From sequence record NC_031928.1: a DNA stretch of 64,000 nucleotides. One strand, 5' to 3'. Within the stretch, counting starts at the first letter, position 1, and every line of letters begins with the position of its first letter. The position numbers were made by a program, and so were the translations under genes. The DNA is from Escherichia phage WG01. Positions 40,864 through 50,832 of the stretch are shown piece by piece. The notes beneath the pieces were generated by a model. That model ran no database searches. It saw only the letters and a list, made by a program, of their open reading frames with translations, and had not been told where the DNA came from.

Positions 40864-40892
40864 ATAGTATCATGTTTAAAGGCGTTGTAAAC
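40864..40892 (-). promoter_or_regulatory. T4-type early promoter cassette
   Basis: Minus GTTTAC, 17 nt, TACTAT, leader AGACCTATCAACTAATGAGTGAGGAAAA. Confidence 0.55.
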
Positions 40893-40894
40893 AT

Positions 40895-41155
40895 TTATTT
40901 TTGAATTTTATCAAGCCATTTACCAAGTTTAATCATTTCTTTGGTAGCTTTTTCCATACTTCTAAATTTAACCAGTAAAGGTTGGGCATCAACACCCATA
41001 ACTAAGGTGGTTACAAGACTATGTTCACCTACAAGCCATAATGAATAAGTTTGGATATCGAGCCCGTAATTTCGGTCTTTATGAACTCGTACACCCATCA
41101 CTTCAAATTTCTCACTGGCTTTTTCTACTGCATCCAGGAAATCATCTTTAGTCAT
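40895..41155 (-). CDS. Hypothetical protein (86 aa from MTKDDFLDAV)
   Basis: Internal ATG avoids 62-nt overlap with upstream gene. Confidence 0.45.
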   Translation of the reverse strand: MTKDDFLDAVEKASEKFEVMGVRVHKDRNYGLDIQTYSLWLVGEHSLVTTLVMGVDAQPLLVKFRSMEKATKEMIKLGKWLDKIQK

Positions 41156-41156
41156 A

Positions 41157-41546
41157 TTAGGCCTTAAAAGTTTTTTGCAAAAGTTCAATGATTTGGTCAA
41201 CGTTCTGTTCGGTGACAATGCAATGGATTTGAGTCACACCGGCCTTAGCAATAGGCTCATCGATTTCTTTATCTTCCACAACATATTCACAGAAGCAATA
41301 GAACTCATCTTCATGCAACTCAAAATAATTTGGCACCAACCCAAATGCATTATAAATCTCGCCATTTGCACATTCGATTTCAGTCACAAATTTGTCGCCA
41401 TCCATAGTCAACATATCCTTTACTTCAAACCAACCTCCGTTGTCTTGGATAAGGTCGACCATGCTTTTATTATTTTCATATTCGTCCATTTCAATAAAGT
41501 CTTTAATGCATTCAGGACGAAGTTCATAAGTTTTACCGATTTCCAT
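41157..41546 (-). CDS. Hypothetical acidic protein (129 aa)
   Basis: ATG at 41546 with SD GAGGAAAT; early promoter upstream. Confidence 0.55.
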   Translation of the reverse strand: MEIGKTYELRPECIKDFIEMDEYENNKSMVDLIQDNGGWFEVKDMLTMDGDKFVTEIECANGEIYNAFGLVPNYFELHEDEFYCFCEYVVEDKEIDEPIAKAGVTQIHCIVTEQNVDQIIELLQKTFKA

Positions 41547-41577
41547 TTTATTTCCTCATCTATTAGTTGATAGGTCT

Positions 41578-41606
41578 ATAGTATCACGTTTAAAGGCGTT
41601 GTAAAC
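41578..41606 (-). promoter_or_regulatory. T4-type early promoter cassette
   Basis: Minus GTTTAC, 17 nt, TACTAT; near-identical to the copy at 40864..40892. Confidence 0.55.
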
Positions 41607-41622
41607 CATTAAATGCCAAAAA

Positions 41623-41642
41623 GGGAAGACCGAAGTCTTCCC
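41623..41642 (-). terminator. Rho-independent terminator downstream of gene 32
   Basis: GGGAAGAC-UUCG-GUCUUCCC followed by UUUUU on minus strand. Confidence 0.65.
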
Positions 41643-41658
41643 ATTATAAATCAATAAC

Positions 41659-42564
41659 TTATAGACCAGCTAACAGGTCGTCCAGACCATCGTCATCAGA
41701 AGGACTTACTGACGGCTCAGGAGTAGTGGAACGAGTCGGTGTAGATGGTTTAGAATCATATGCATCAAGGTCTGCACTGAATGCGTCCAGGTCATCACCA
41801 ATCTTATCAGCGGCTGCAGAAGCTTTAGCGGCAGCACCACCAAGAGCAGCTGTACCAACAACTTTCTTAAACTTGGCTTCGTTAGTTTCGAATGATTTGA
41901 AATCGAGCAGTTTAGAAAGGTCGTGCATTTCTTCCATCAATTTAGCTTGGTAAGCTTCATCATTGATGTTAGGAATTTCAGACTGACCCATGAATTTGGA
42001 ATCGTCATAGTTCTTGAAGTCGCCAACTTTCTTAGATTTCAGTACGAAGTTCGCACCATCAAACGGACATGTTACGTCAACCGGCACTTCACCAATATCG
42101 GTATCAACTTCAACCATCTGGTTGATTTTATCCATAATTTTCTGACCGAAACGGAATTTAAACACTTTACCTTCGTTAGCAGGCACTGCACTATCCTTAA
42201 TAACAAGGATGTTAGCCCAGAAGGAAGTTTTACGTTTCATCAGTTTGTATTCGGCATTATTAGTATTAAAGGTATCATTCTGGTTCATGTATTTACATAC
42301 AGGACATGAATCGAAATCACCGTGTGTAGACGTACAGTTTTCAATGTACCATTGACCATTTTTCTTAAAGCCGTGGTTAACGAGCTTAATGAATGGAGAT
42401 GGATTTTCTTCGTTTTTCGAAGGTAGGAAACGAATTACCGCAGTACCAACGCCATTGTCATCTTTCAATTTCCATTCAGCTTTATCATCGGAAGAGAAAG
42501 AAGAACCACCTTTCATTGCAGACAGTTGAGCAGCCAGTTGGGAAGGGTCTTTACGTTTAAACAT
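41659..42564 (-). CDS. 32: gp32 single-stranded DNA-binding protein
   Basis: 301 aa; [14 protein letters not shown]...[34 protein letters not shown] matches remembered T4 gp32; acidic C-terminus. Confidence 0.95.
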   Translation of the reverse strand: MFKRKDPSQLAAQLSAMKGGSSFSSDDKAEWKLKDDNGVGTAVIRFLPSKNEENPSPFIKLVNHGFKKNGQWYIENCTSTHGDFDSCPVCKYMNQNDTFNTNNAEYKLMKRKTSFWANILVIKDSAVPANEGKVFKFRFGQKIMDKINQMVEVDTDIGEVPVDVTCPFDGANFVLKSKKVGDFKNYDDSKFMGQSEIPNINDEAYQAKLMEEMHDLSKLLDFKSFETNEAKFKKVVGTAALGGAAAKASAAADKIGDDLDAFSADLDAYDSKPSTPTRSTTPEPSVSPSDDDGLDDLLAGL

Positions 42565-42628
42565 ATTATTTACCTTAGCAGATTTAGCAGTTATATTTTA
42601 TTAACAGTTTTTAACAGATTGAGTTAGT

Positions 42629-42655
42629 ATATTAACACAGTTGGTTTGAAGCATT
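42629..42655 (-). promoter_or_regulatory. MotA-dependent middle promoter for gene 32, with AU-rich leader
   Basis: Minus AATGCTTCA (MotA box), 12 nt, TAATAT; about 55-nt AU-rich leader. Confidence 0.5.
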
Positions 42656-43307
42656 AAAACTTACAAGATTTGATAGTTTCAATGAACAATTTACGAGCTT
42701 CTAAATTATCGATTATAAGAATTTTCTTATAAGCATTTAATTTAGTCGAATACTTAGACCACACTAAATCGTTGGTCTGTTCATCATGTTTATCAATTAT
42801 ATCCATAAATGAATCAAGCAAAATAAACGTTTCGAATGAAATAACATTCGATTGAAGGAGCTTAAAAATATAGCTCGAGTTAACTTTTTTATTATAATCA
42901 AAAATTTCAGAAAGCGCTTTAACTTCCACTTTCTTACTGAAATAATAGATGTTTTTGATATCGTCCTCAAAAACTTGTTTTATTCTTTTAAGTCTACCGA
43001 TATATTCTCGGTAAAAGACTAAGGCGTCGGCATCACTGATGTCGCCAATCCATGCGTCTTGGTTAGCCACCAAGTTACTCATGAAAATAAGAGCAAGCTC
43101 TTTCAAAGTGTATTTATCACTCAATTTCTCAAAGAAATATTTGTCACGACGTTTTTGATAAGCCGTATCAGAGATTCGCATGACCCAGTTATATTTTATA
43201 ACGTCGTATTTGGCATTGAAGTGATGTTTGAGCATTAAGTATAGTGAATATACGCTCTTACCATTCACCATACGGTTATTGTTTGGTGGCATGCGAATCT
43301 TAATCAT
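42654..43307 (-). CDS. 59: gp59 helicase loader
   Basis: 217 aa; KYDVIKYNWVMRISDTAYQKRRDKYFFEKL closely matches remembered T4 gp59. Confidence 0.95.
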   Translation of the reverse strand: MIKIRMPPNNNRMVNGKSVYSLYLMLKHHFNAKYDVIKYNWVMRISDTAYQKRRDKYFFEKLSDKYTLKELALIFMSNLVANQDAWIGDISDADALVFYREYIGRLKRIKQVFEDDIKNIYYFSKKVEVKALSEIFDYNKKVNSSYIFKLLQSNVISFETFILLDSFMDIIDKHDEQTNDLVWSKYSTKLNAYKKILIIDNLEARKLFIETIKSCKF

Positions 43308-43606
43308 AACAAGAAATCCAGAGTATTAGTTTTTTGCGTTCGAGCCATTGAAGGTCGAAGCAAGTTATCATCAATGGCTTCGTTCATAATTTTATCAATA
43401 ATTCCTGCAGGCAAATAACGAGCAAAGTTACCTTCAGGGATGCTATTCTCTTCCAACCATGCGGTAGCCGCTTCGAGGTAACTACAACCTTCAGCTTCAA
43501 CAAAGGCCTCAATATCAAGGCCATTCTGTTGTTTGTTTACTAATACATGGACAGGTTCGGAAGCGGTATTAACCGCTCCATCAAAATCATTCAAAGATTG
43601 TGTCAT
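43304..43606 (-). CDS. 33: gp33 late transcription co-activator
   Basis: 100 aa; position between dsbA and 59; C-terminal LDFLL. Confidence 0.8.
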   Translation of the reverse strand: MTQSLNDFDGAVNTASEPVHVLVNKQQNGLDIEAFVEAEGCSYLEAATAWLEENSIPEGNFARYLPAGIIDKIMNEAIDDNLLRPSMARTQKTNTLDFLL

Positions 43607-43856
43607 ACAGTTCTACCACTTCAGTTTTTTCGTCTTCGAAACGTTCACGAGTGCCTTTATGGTACAGGGAGAACAGTTGGTTAAACATTTTACCGTCTAC
43701 ACCAAGTTCAGTCTTAGCACGGTCTTTGATATCTTTAATTTCGTCACCGTAAGCTTCCATTTTTAATTTAGTATCAGAAGCCGACTTAATCAGTTGTGCC
43801 AATGTGTTACCATGTTCTTCTTGATTGAATTCAACTTTCACTTTTTCTTTAGCCAT
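43587..43856 (-). CDS. dsbA: DsbA double-stranded DNA-binding protein
   Basis: 89 aa from MAKEKVKV (track start is GTG); SD AAGGTGAA. Confidence 0.8.
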   Translation of the reverse strand: MAKEKVKVEFNQEEHGNTLAQLIKSASDTKLKMEAYGDEIKDIKDRAKTELGVDGKMFNQLFSLYHKGTRERFEDEKTEVVELYDTIFE

Positions 43857-43866
43857 TATATTCACC

Positions 43867-44814
43867 TTAATAAAAATCAGCTACTGTAGCAGTTAGTTTA
43901 GACAAACCAGATTTAACGAAATAAGGATAAACTTTAGATTTCGAAGGTTTGTTATACGTATTATATCTTTCAGTAATTAAAGCAACAATATCATCTGGAA
44001 TAAAGTCCATATCAATTAAGATTTGGTTTTCACAGAAACGTTCATATTGTTCTTCAGTAAGAAGTGTTTTAATTATATCATGGTCGTAATAATTCAGAGC
44101 AATTGCTTCAAGTTCCTTGGCACGAGTGCTAGGAGTACGTTCGCCTTCAACCATCGTCAACCAGTAATCACCACGAACTTTAATACTCGCGACGTTATCT
44201 TTACGGTCACCTTTAACAACCTTAGTCACGCAATCAAGCAATGAATCGCCAGATTTTGTTTTGACGAATTTTTTCTGCATTGGAGACCATTGTTTTACCC
44301 CAGGGAATTTATGGAGCTGGGTAAAGTCACCATCCGAAGAACCGATCATAACAGGATGGCCTAAAGCCGTGAGGATTCGGGTTAAAACAGCAATATGGTC
44401 ATCAGCTTCGATTGTATCGATATTCATAACAATATAAGGCATGTTTTGTTCCAGTTCATCAACAATAATATGCATTGCTGTGAATAAACCTTCCCAATCA
44501 AATGGTGATTCGTCACGTGCCTTAGCACGGTTTTTCTTATAATAAGGTGAATAGCGACGACGCCAATAACCTGATTTAGAGTTATCAACACAAATAACCA
44601 GTTGGTTGTACCCCTGTTTTTTAAAGTCTTTAATATTTTTCTTAATTGAATTCAACACGAGGTGTCGAAGCATTGCTGTAGTTACTTTAGGAAATCCAGC
44701 ATTCTCACCAAACTCTTGGAAAGCTGCAGCCATAATGATTTGGCTGAAATCTAGGAGTAAAAATCCATCTTTTTGTTGGTCTTCTTCAGGAAGTAAAAAA
44801 TCTAAATCGTTCAT
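43867..44814 (-). CDS. rnh: RNase H (5'-3' exonuclease / flap endonuclease)
   Basis: Start at MNDLDFLL; motifs ICVDNSKSGYWRR, EADDHIAVL, SSDGDFTQL match remembered T4 RNase H. Confidence 0.92.
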   Translation of the reverse strand: MNDLDFLLPEEDQQKDGFLLLDFSQIIMAAAFQEFGENAGFPKVTTAMLRHLVLNSIKKNIKDFKKQGYNQLVICVDNSKSGYWRRRYSPYYKKNRAKARDESPFDWEGLFTAMHIIVDELEQNMPYIVMNIDTIEADDHIAVLTRILTALGHPVMIGSSDGDFTQLHKFPGVKQWSPMQKKFVKTKSGDSLLDCVTKVVKGDRKDNVASIKVRGDYWLTMVEGERTPSTRAKELEAIALNYYDHDIIKTLLTEEQYERFCENQILIDMDFIPDDIVALITERYNTYNKPSKSKVYPYFVKSGLSKLTATVADFY

Positions 44815-44881
44815 ATGAACCTCTGTCCAATTAGTGTAGAGGTTCATTATATCACGACCCTAGAAGAAGTAAACACTTTGC

Positions 44882-44889
44882 TATAAATA
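44882..44889 (+). promoter_or_regulatory. T4 late promoter TATAAATA for gene 34
   Basis: Exact TATAAATA 33 nt upstream of gp34 ATG. Confidence 0.6.
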
Positions 44890-44921
44890 GTTCTATACCC
44901 TGAAAACGAAAAGGAAATAAA

Positions 44922-47900
44922 ATGGCCGATATTTTAAAACCTGCCTTCCGTGCTACATCCGGACTCGATGCTGCAGGCGAGAAAGTTATCAATGTTGCCA
45001 AAGCCGATTACAATGTATTAGACGACGGCGTCAACGTTGAATTCTTTATAGATGAGAACACCATCCAGGCGTACGACGAGACGCGCGGATATAAGAAAGG
45101 GTTTGCCGTAATCCATGACCAACGTATCTGGGTTGCTCAACGTGATATCGATGCTCCAGCAGGAACCTTTGTACCGGGTTATTGGACTGCAACTCGTACT
45201 GACCCTAAATGGATTACCGTAGCATCTCCTACACGCCAGCTGGCTTCCGGTGAATATATTGCTGTGGATTCTGCTGCTAGCTTTACTACATTTACCCTGC
45301 CTCCGAACCCTACTGATGGTGATACCATCGTAATCAAGGATATTGGTGGCCGTGTAGGTTATAATGAAATTAAGCTCCAGTCTAGTTCTGCTCCAGGTGG
45401 TGGTAATCAGAAAATTGTCCGTTTCGGTAACCAGTTCACTGAGACCTTAATTACGAAGCCTTTTTCCTATAATATGATTATCTTTGCCAACCGTTTATGG
45501 CATTTCTGGGAAGCAGCTAATGAAGAACGTGGTATTCGTGTAGAACCGAACACCGCCCAGTTCCAATCACAAGCGGGTGATAACGTTTTACGTCGTTATA
45601 CTTCAGGTGCAGTAATTAAGTTTACTCTTCCTAAGTATGCGAACCAAGGTGATATTATTAAAACCGTTGATATCGATGGTTTAGGAAGTAAATTCCACTT
45701 AATCGTTGAAACATTTGATGCGTCATCTTCATTAGGTAAGCCCGGCCAGCATAGCATGGAATTCCGTACTTCAGGTGATGGATTCTTTGTTTATAACTCT
45801 ACCGAAAAATTATGGTATGTTTGGGACGGCGACCGACAAACTCGTTTACGTGTAATTCGTGACGATGTTGAACTCTTGGCTAACGAAAGTGTTATTGTTT
45901 TTGGTCCTAATAACACGACACCCCAGACAATTAATATCACATTACCTACCGGTGTGGCCCAGGGTGATGTCGTTAAGATTGCTCTGAACTATCTCCGTAA
46001 AGCTCAGACGGTAAATATTAAGGCTGCCGTAGGAGATAAGATTGCTTCATCCGTCCAGTTGCTTCAATTCCCTAAACGTTCAGAATATCCGCCAGAAACC
46101 GAATGGGTATTGAATGACGTACTGACCTTTAATGGCAATATAAGTTATACTCCGGTTATTGAACTGAGTTATATCGAAGACACCACTACAGGTGGCAAAT
46201 ATTGGGTTGTTGCCCAGAACGTTCCTACTATAGAACGTGTGGATTCTAAAGATGATTTAACTCGTGCTCGTTTAGGTGTTATTGCCCTTGCGTCCCAGAC
46301 TCAAGCAAACGTCGACCATGAAAATAATCCTGAAAAAGAACTGGCAATTACTCCGCAGACTTTAGCTAATCGTGTAGCGACTGAATCTCGTCGTGGTATT
46401 GCTCGTATTGCTACTACTGCTCAAGTGAACCAGGACACAACCTTCGCATTCCAGGACGATTTGATTATTTCTCCTAAGAAATTAAACGAACGTACTGCAA
46501 CCGAAACACGTCGTGGTGTTGCTGAAATTGCTACGCAAGTTGAAACCAATGCTGGTACAGATGATACTACAATCATCACTCCTAAGAAGCTACAAGCACG
46601 CCAGGGTTCGGAAAGTCTTTCAGGTATTGTAACATATACCTCTACTGTAGGAACCACTCCTGCGACTGCTAGGGACACCGTAGGTACTAACGTTTATAAT
46701 AAGAACGTAGGCAATTTGGTTATTTCTCCTAAAGCTCTTGACCAGTATAAAGCTACCCAAGTTCAACAGGGTACGGTATATCTTTCTAACCAATCTGAAG
46801 TTAACGCAGGTCAAACTGCAAGTGGATTTGCCAACAGTGCTGTTTCTCCTGAAACATTACATGCTCGTGTGGCTCTTGATACTCGTACAGGGTTAATTGA
46901 AATTGCTACGCAACAGGAAACTGATACTGGAACAGATTATACTCGTGCAGTAACGCCTAAAACGTTAAATGATAGGAAAGCTACGGAAGGATTGACTGGT
47001 ATTGCTAGAATTGCAACACAGGTAGAATTTGATGCTGGTACGTTAGATAATGTTATTTCAACTCCGTTGAAAGTTAAAACAAGATTTAATGATACTGCTA
47101 GAACTTCTGTCTCAGCAGCCAGTGGTTTGGTTGAATCAGGAACCTTATGGAACCATTATACACTAGATATTAGAGAAGCAAATGAGACTCAACGTGGTAC
47201 TGCTCGCCTGGCAACCCAGACCGAAGTCAACGTTGGTACCGATGATAAAACTATCATCACTCCTTTGAAATTGCATTCTAAAAAATCTACTGAAAGTTCT
47301 GAAGGTATTATTCGTGTTGCAACGAATACCGAAACAACTGCAGGAACTTCTAAAGTTCTGGCTGTAAGCCCTTCTGGTTTAAAATATGTAGTACAAACCG
47401 AAACCACTTGGGAAGCTACTGCACTTCGTCGTGGATTTGTTAAACTAACCGAAGGTGCTTTAACCCATTCAGGAAATAAAGTTACTGGTTCTGGTGTTAA
47501 ATTTAACTCAGGTACAGGCCTTTACGAGAACGATGATACTGTTCTGAATGCAGCGAACTATCCTAAAACAGGTTATGCTGTTTCATCTTACGAGATGAAT
47601 AAAACTTTACAGAACTTTTTACCTATAAATGCTACGGCTGTGAACTCCGAGAAATTGGATGGCCTAGATTCACTTCAGTTCATTCGTAGAGACGTTGACC
47701 AAACGGTTAATGGTTCTTTAACGTTGACAAAACAATTGAACCTGGCAGCTCCTCTAGTGTCTTCTAGTACTGCTAATATTACCGGCAATACTATTTTAGG
47801 TTCTCTGGAAGTAACCGGAAATTCTACTTTTAAAAATGATGTATCTGTTAGCTCAGGTAAATCTATTAAATTTGTAGGCCCTCAGTCAGGCGCTGGTACT

Positions 47901-48971
47901 TGGAACTCTCAAGGTGATACTTTAGCTCCGATTTTTGCCGAGATAAATTCGACCCCAGATGCCAAGTTCCATCCTATTGTTAAACAACGTTTAGGGCAAG
48001 GTACGTTCTCTTTAGGCACTGTAAATGATGGAACTCGTGATTTTAAAATACATTATCTTCCATCGCCGGGTTCTTTAGAATCTTTCTACTGGACCTTTAA
48101 TACGACTGGTGACTTTGCTGTTAATAGTGGTTCCATTAGTATTTCTAAGAATGCTAATATCACAGGTATAACCACTTCTAACGGTGTTTCTACAACTACA
48201 TTAAATGCTTCTGCTCTGTCTTCATTACAAAACGTAACTACTTCAGGTACTATCGTTTCCACCGGACAGGTATCGGCAAATAATGGTTTGGTTGCTCAAA
48301 AATACGTCCGCTCTGTTGGTGTTAAACCTACATTAGCATCGCAGGCCCCTACTGCAGAAACAGTTGGCTTCTGGTCTGTCGATATCAATGATTCGGCTAC
48401 ATTTAACCTATTCCCAGGTTATTGGACGATGAAAACTAAACGTCAGGTTAATATTGATACGGTCCAAACTAAACCTGCCGGTGTTTCTGATGAGATATGG
48501 AATGCTTCTGGTTGGTTGACAGAAACGGGTGCATTTAGTTCTCCGGCTATTCGTTATCGTAACGAAGACGGTAGTTTTGGTGACGAAGTTCTCAGTACGA
48601 CGGGTCAGAAATTACGTGGTACTTGGTTTGATTATTCTGTTCGTGATAAGGAAGTTAAATATCCTGGTACGTTAACTCAGTTTGGTAATACATTGGATTC
48701 ATGTTATCAGGATTGGGTGTGCTATCCTACAGGACCGAATGGTGGTACTATTCGTTATACACGTACCTGGCAGAAAAATAAAAACGCATGGACTACGTTC
48801 TCTATGGTCTATACGGCAGATAACCCTCCTTCTGCGGAAGAGGTTGGTGCATTGCCTGCTGATAACGCTACAATGGGTAACATTACAATCCTTGATTGGT
48901 TACGTATTGGTAACGTTCGTATTATTCCTGACCCGGTCACTAAATCCGTTAAGTTTGAGTGGATTGAATAA
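44922..48971 (+). CDS. 34: Long tail fibre proximal subunit gp34
   Basis: 1349 aa; N-terminus and internal repeats (ETRRG(I/V)A.IAT...PK.L) typical of gp34. Confidence 0.92.
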   Translation: MADILKPAFRATSGLDAAGEKVINVAKADYNVLDDGVNVEFFIDENTIQAYDETRGYKKGFAVIHDQRIWVAQRDIDAPAGTFVPGYWTATRTDPKWITVASPTRQLASGEYIAVDSAASFTTFTLPPNPTDGDTIVIKDIGGRVGYNEIKLQSSSAPGGGNQKIVRFGNQFTETLITKPFSYNMIIFANRLWHFWEAANEERGIRVEPNTAQFQSQAGDNVLRRYTSGAVIKFTLPKYANQGDIIKTVDIDGLGSKFHLIVETFDASSSLGKPGQHSMEFRTSGDGFFVYNSTEKLWYVWDGDRQTRLRVIRDDVELLANESVIVFGPNNTTPQTINITLPTGVAQGDVVKIALNYLRKAQTVNIKAAVGDKIASSVQLLQFPKRSEYPPETEWVLNDVLTFNGNISYTPVIELSYIEDTTTGGKYWVVAQNVPTIERVDSKDDLTRARLGVIALASQTQANVDHENNPEKELAITPQTLANRVATESRRGIARIATTAQVNQDTTFAFQDDLIISPKKLNERTATETRRGVAEIATQVETNAGTDDTTIITPKKLQARQGSESLSGIVTYTSTVGTTPATARDTVGTNVYNKNVGNLVISPKALDQYKATQVQQGTVYLSNQSEVNAGQTASGFANSAVSPETLHARVALDTRTGLIEIATQQETDTGTDYTRAVTPKTLNDRKATEGLTGIARIATQVEFDAGTLDNVISTPLKVKTRFNDTARTSVSAASGLVESGTLWNHYTLDIREANETQRGTARLATQTEVNVGTDDKTIITPLKLHSKKSTESSEGIIRVATNTETTAGTSKVLAVSPSGLKYVVQTETTWEATALRRGFVKLTEGALTHSGNKVTGSGVKFNSGTGLYENDDTVLNAANYPKTGYAVSSYEMNKTLQNFLPINATAVNSEKLDGLDSLQFIRRDVDQTVNGSLTLTKQLNLAAPLVSSSTANITGNTILGSLEVTGNSTFKNDVSVSSGKSIKFVGPQSGAGTWNSQGDTLAPIFAEINSTPDAKFHPIVKQRLGQGTFSLGTVNDGTRDFKIHYLPSPGSLESFYWTFNTTGDFAVNSGSISISKNANITGITTSNGVSTTTLNASALSSLQNVTTSGTIVSTGQVSANNGLVAQKYVRSVGVKPTLASQAPTAETVGFWSVDINDSATFNLFPGYWTMKTKRQVNIDTVQTKPAGVSDEIWNASGWLTETGAFSSPAIRYRNEDGSFGDEVLSTTGQKLRGTWFDYSVRDKEVKYPGTLTQFGNTLDSCYQDWVCYPTGPNGGTIRYTRTWQKNKNAWTTFSMVYTADNPPSAEEVGALPADNATMGNITILDWLRIGNVRIIPDPVTKSVKFEWIE

Positions 48972-48979
48972 GAGGTATT

Positions 48980-50101
48980 ATGGAAAGATTTATGGCAGAA
49001 TTTGGACAAGGATATGTCCAGGTTCCTACATTATCTGAAAACAATGCTGTAAGGTATAAACTTAGTATAGCGGGTAGTTGTACTAAGTCTACCACAAAAG
49101 CATATGTTAAATTTCAAGATGGGAACTTCGGTTCCCAGAATTTTCAAAATGGATTAAACCTTATAGAAATTGATGTTAGTGCTGAACCTAAAATAGTGGC
49201 TAACAAAACTTATAGTTTTACAAAAGATTTTGATGTTATTTCTGAAGCTTTTATAACGTATATAAATTCTATACCGGCCAATAGAATAGTTTGTTTAGTA
49301 TCTTCTGGTAGATTAAATGCTTCACAAAAACTTATCGATTGGTTCCGTGCAGCAGGAAGTACCGCATTCCCGTCTAAATGGTTGATAGACCGGTTTGAGC
49401 CGTCTTATTCTGCATTTTATGTTTCAGGAAGGAATGCTATAGTAATGGAACATGTGCTTTATAATGATGGGGTATTGGTCGAAGATGTTTCTACTCCATT
49501 AGAAGTGGTATTTGATGATATCAGTGATGTCGGTGGTACAGGATATCCTGTCAGAATTGTTGAAGACGAAAGCACTTATCTAAGCAATGATGGAGATGAA
49601 ATTAAGCGATTTCCTACCGAATCTCCTACCACCCCATTAACAGATTATAACATGAAGCCAGGTGAATTCTTTTACCTTAAGTTTCAATTAATGCGCGACC
49701 AAGCTTTAAAAGACGTAGGGACTTCTCAGATGTCTGTTAGATTTTTTAATGCCTCAGGTGCTTTAACTGGGACAGTTAATATGGACGTTCCTTCCAACGT
49801 TCCTGCTGGCGCATGGATGACATTTGAACGGGTAGTAATGGTTCCTGAAGGTACTACAGACTTTACTCTTTATGCCAGAAAAACAGCTTCGGCTGGCCAA
49901 GGCGGAGTTCGAAATGTTATGTTCGGTGAGATATCTGAATCAGAACCTCAGCCAAAACCTGCTGAATTTGGTGTTAACGGTATTCGTATGAACTTTGGTA
50001 CGGAAACTAAAAATATGGGTACTACCATAGCCCAGCTATATGATAAAACAGGCACTAAACCTGGTCAGGTTTGGGTCGCTGAATTTAGAGAAAAATATTA
50101 A
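48980..50101 (+). CDS. 35: Long tail fibre hinge protein gp35
   Basis: 373 aa (T4 gp35 372 aa); position. Confidence 0.85.
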   Translation: MERFMAEFGQGYVQVPTLSENNAVRYKLSIAGSCTKSTTKAYVKFQDGNFGSQNFQNGLNLIEIDVSAEPKIVANKTYSFTKDFDVISEAFITYINSIPANRIVCLVSSGRLNASQKLIDWFRAAGSTAFPSKWLIDRFEPSYSAFYVSGRNAIVMEHVLYNDGVLVEDVSTPLEVVFDDISDVGGTGYPVRIVEDESTYLSNDGDEIKRFPTESPTTPLTDYNMKPGEFFYLKFQLMRDQALKDVGTSQMSVRFFNASGALTGTVNMDVPSNVPAGAWMTFERVVMVPEGTTDFTLYARKTASAGQGGVRNVMFGEISESEPQPKPAEFGVNGIRMNFGTETKNMGTTIAQLYDKTGTKPGQVWVAEFREKY

Positions 50102-50127
50102 GGAACCTTCGGGTTCCTTTTTCGTTT
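50102..50127 (+). terminator. Rho-independent terminator after gene 35
   Basis: GGAACC-UUCG-GGUUCC followed by UUUUUCGUUUU. Confidence 0.65.
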
Positions 50128-50135
50128 TCTACGGC

Positions 50136-50143
50136 CATAAATA
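50136..50143 (+). promoter_or_regulatory. Late-promoter-like CATAAATA upstream of gene 36
   Basis: 7/8 match to TATAAATA, 34 nt upstream of gp36 ATG. Confidence 0.35.
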
Positions 50144-50176
50144 TATAAAAGGCTATAACTCCCAAAGGAAACTCAA

Positions 50177-50824
50177 ATGGCAGATTTAAAATTAGGTTCT
50201 ACAGCAGGAGGTTCAGTATTATGGCACCAAGGTAATTTTCCCTTAACGCCTGTATCAAATGACCTTCTTTACAAAACATATAAAGTTTATACCGAATATA
50301 ATAAACCGCAAGCCACTGATAACGACTTTGTTTCAAAAGCAAATGGTGGTAATTATAAGAATAACGTGTATTTTGAAAAAGGGCTGACCTTTAATGATAC
50401 TAATGGATACGGTATTAAATTAGGAACAAGAACTGGTGGAGCACCGTTCACGGCTTCTTTCCGTATTAAAGGCGCTTTTGGATATGAAACGGAAGATGGT
50501 ACTCCGTTCATGATATTCAACCCAAGTACAGTAGTAGGTGCTAAACGCCTCACAGTAATGGGTGATTCATTATTCAGACAAGTATATGACGAATCAGGTC
50601 GTGTATTCAGTCCAGGCAACACCCCTACTAAAGCTCAAGTAGGATTATCGTTAGTAGATAACGCAAAACAGGTCCAAATAAATAATACTAACATGCAAAC
50701 AATGACCGGGGTACTTGCTGCTCCTAACTTTATTTCGCTGAATCCGGCCTCTGACGCAGGACACGTTCCTCGTTTTGACCAGATTGTTATTAAAGATTCT
50801 ATTCAAGATTTTGGTTATTATTAA
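50177..50824 (+). CDS. 36: Long tail fibre proximal connector gp36
   Basis: 215 aa (T4 gp36 221 aa); position. Confidence 0.85.
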   Translation: MADLKLGSTAGGSVLWHQGNFPLTPVSNDLLYKTYKVYTEYNKPQATDNDFVSKANGGNYKNNVYFEKGLTFNDTNGYGIKLGTRTGGAPFTASFRIKGAFGYETEDGTPFMIFNPSTVVGAKRLTVMGDSLFRQVYDESGRVFSPGNTPTKAQVGLSLVDNAKQVQINNTNMQTMTGVLAAPNFISLNPASDAGHVPRFDQIVIKDSIQDFGYY

Positions 50825-50832
50825 GAGGCATT

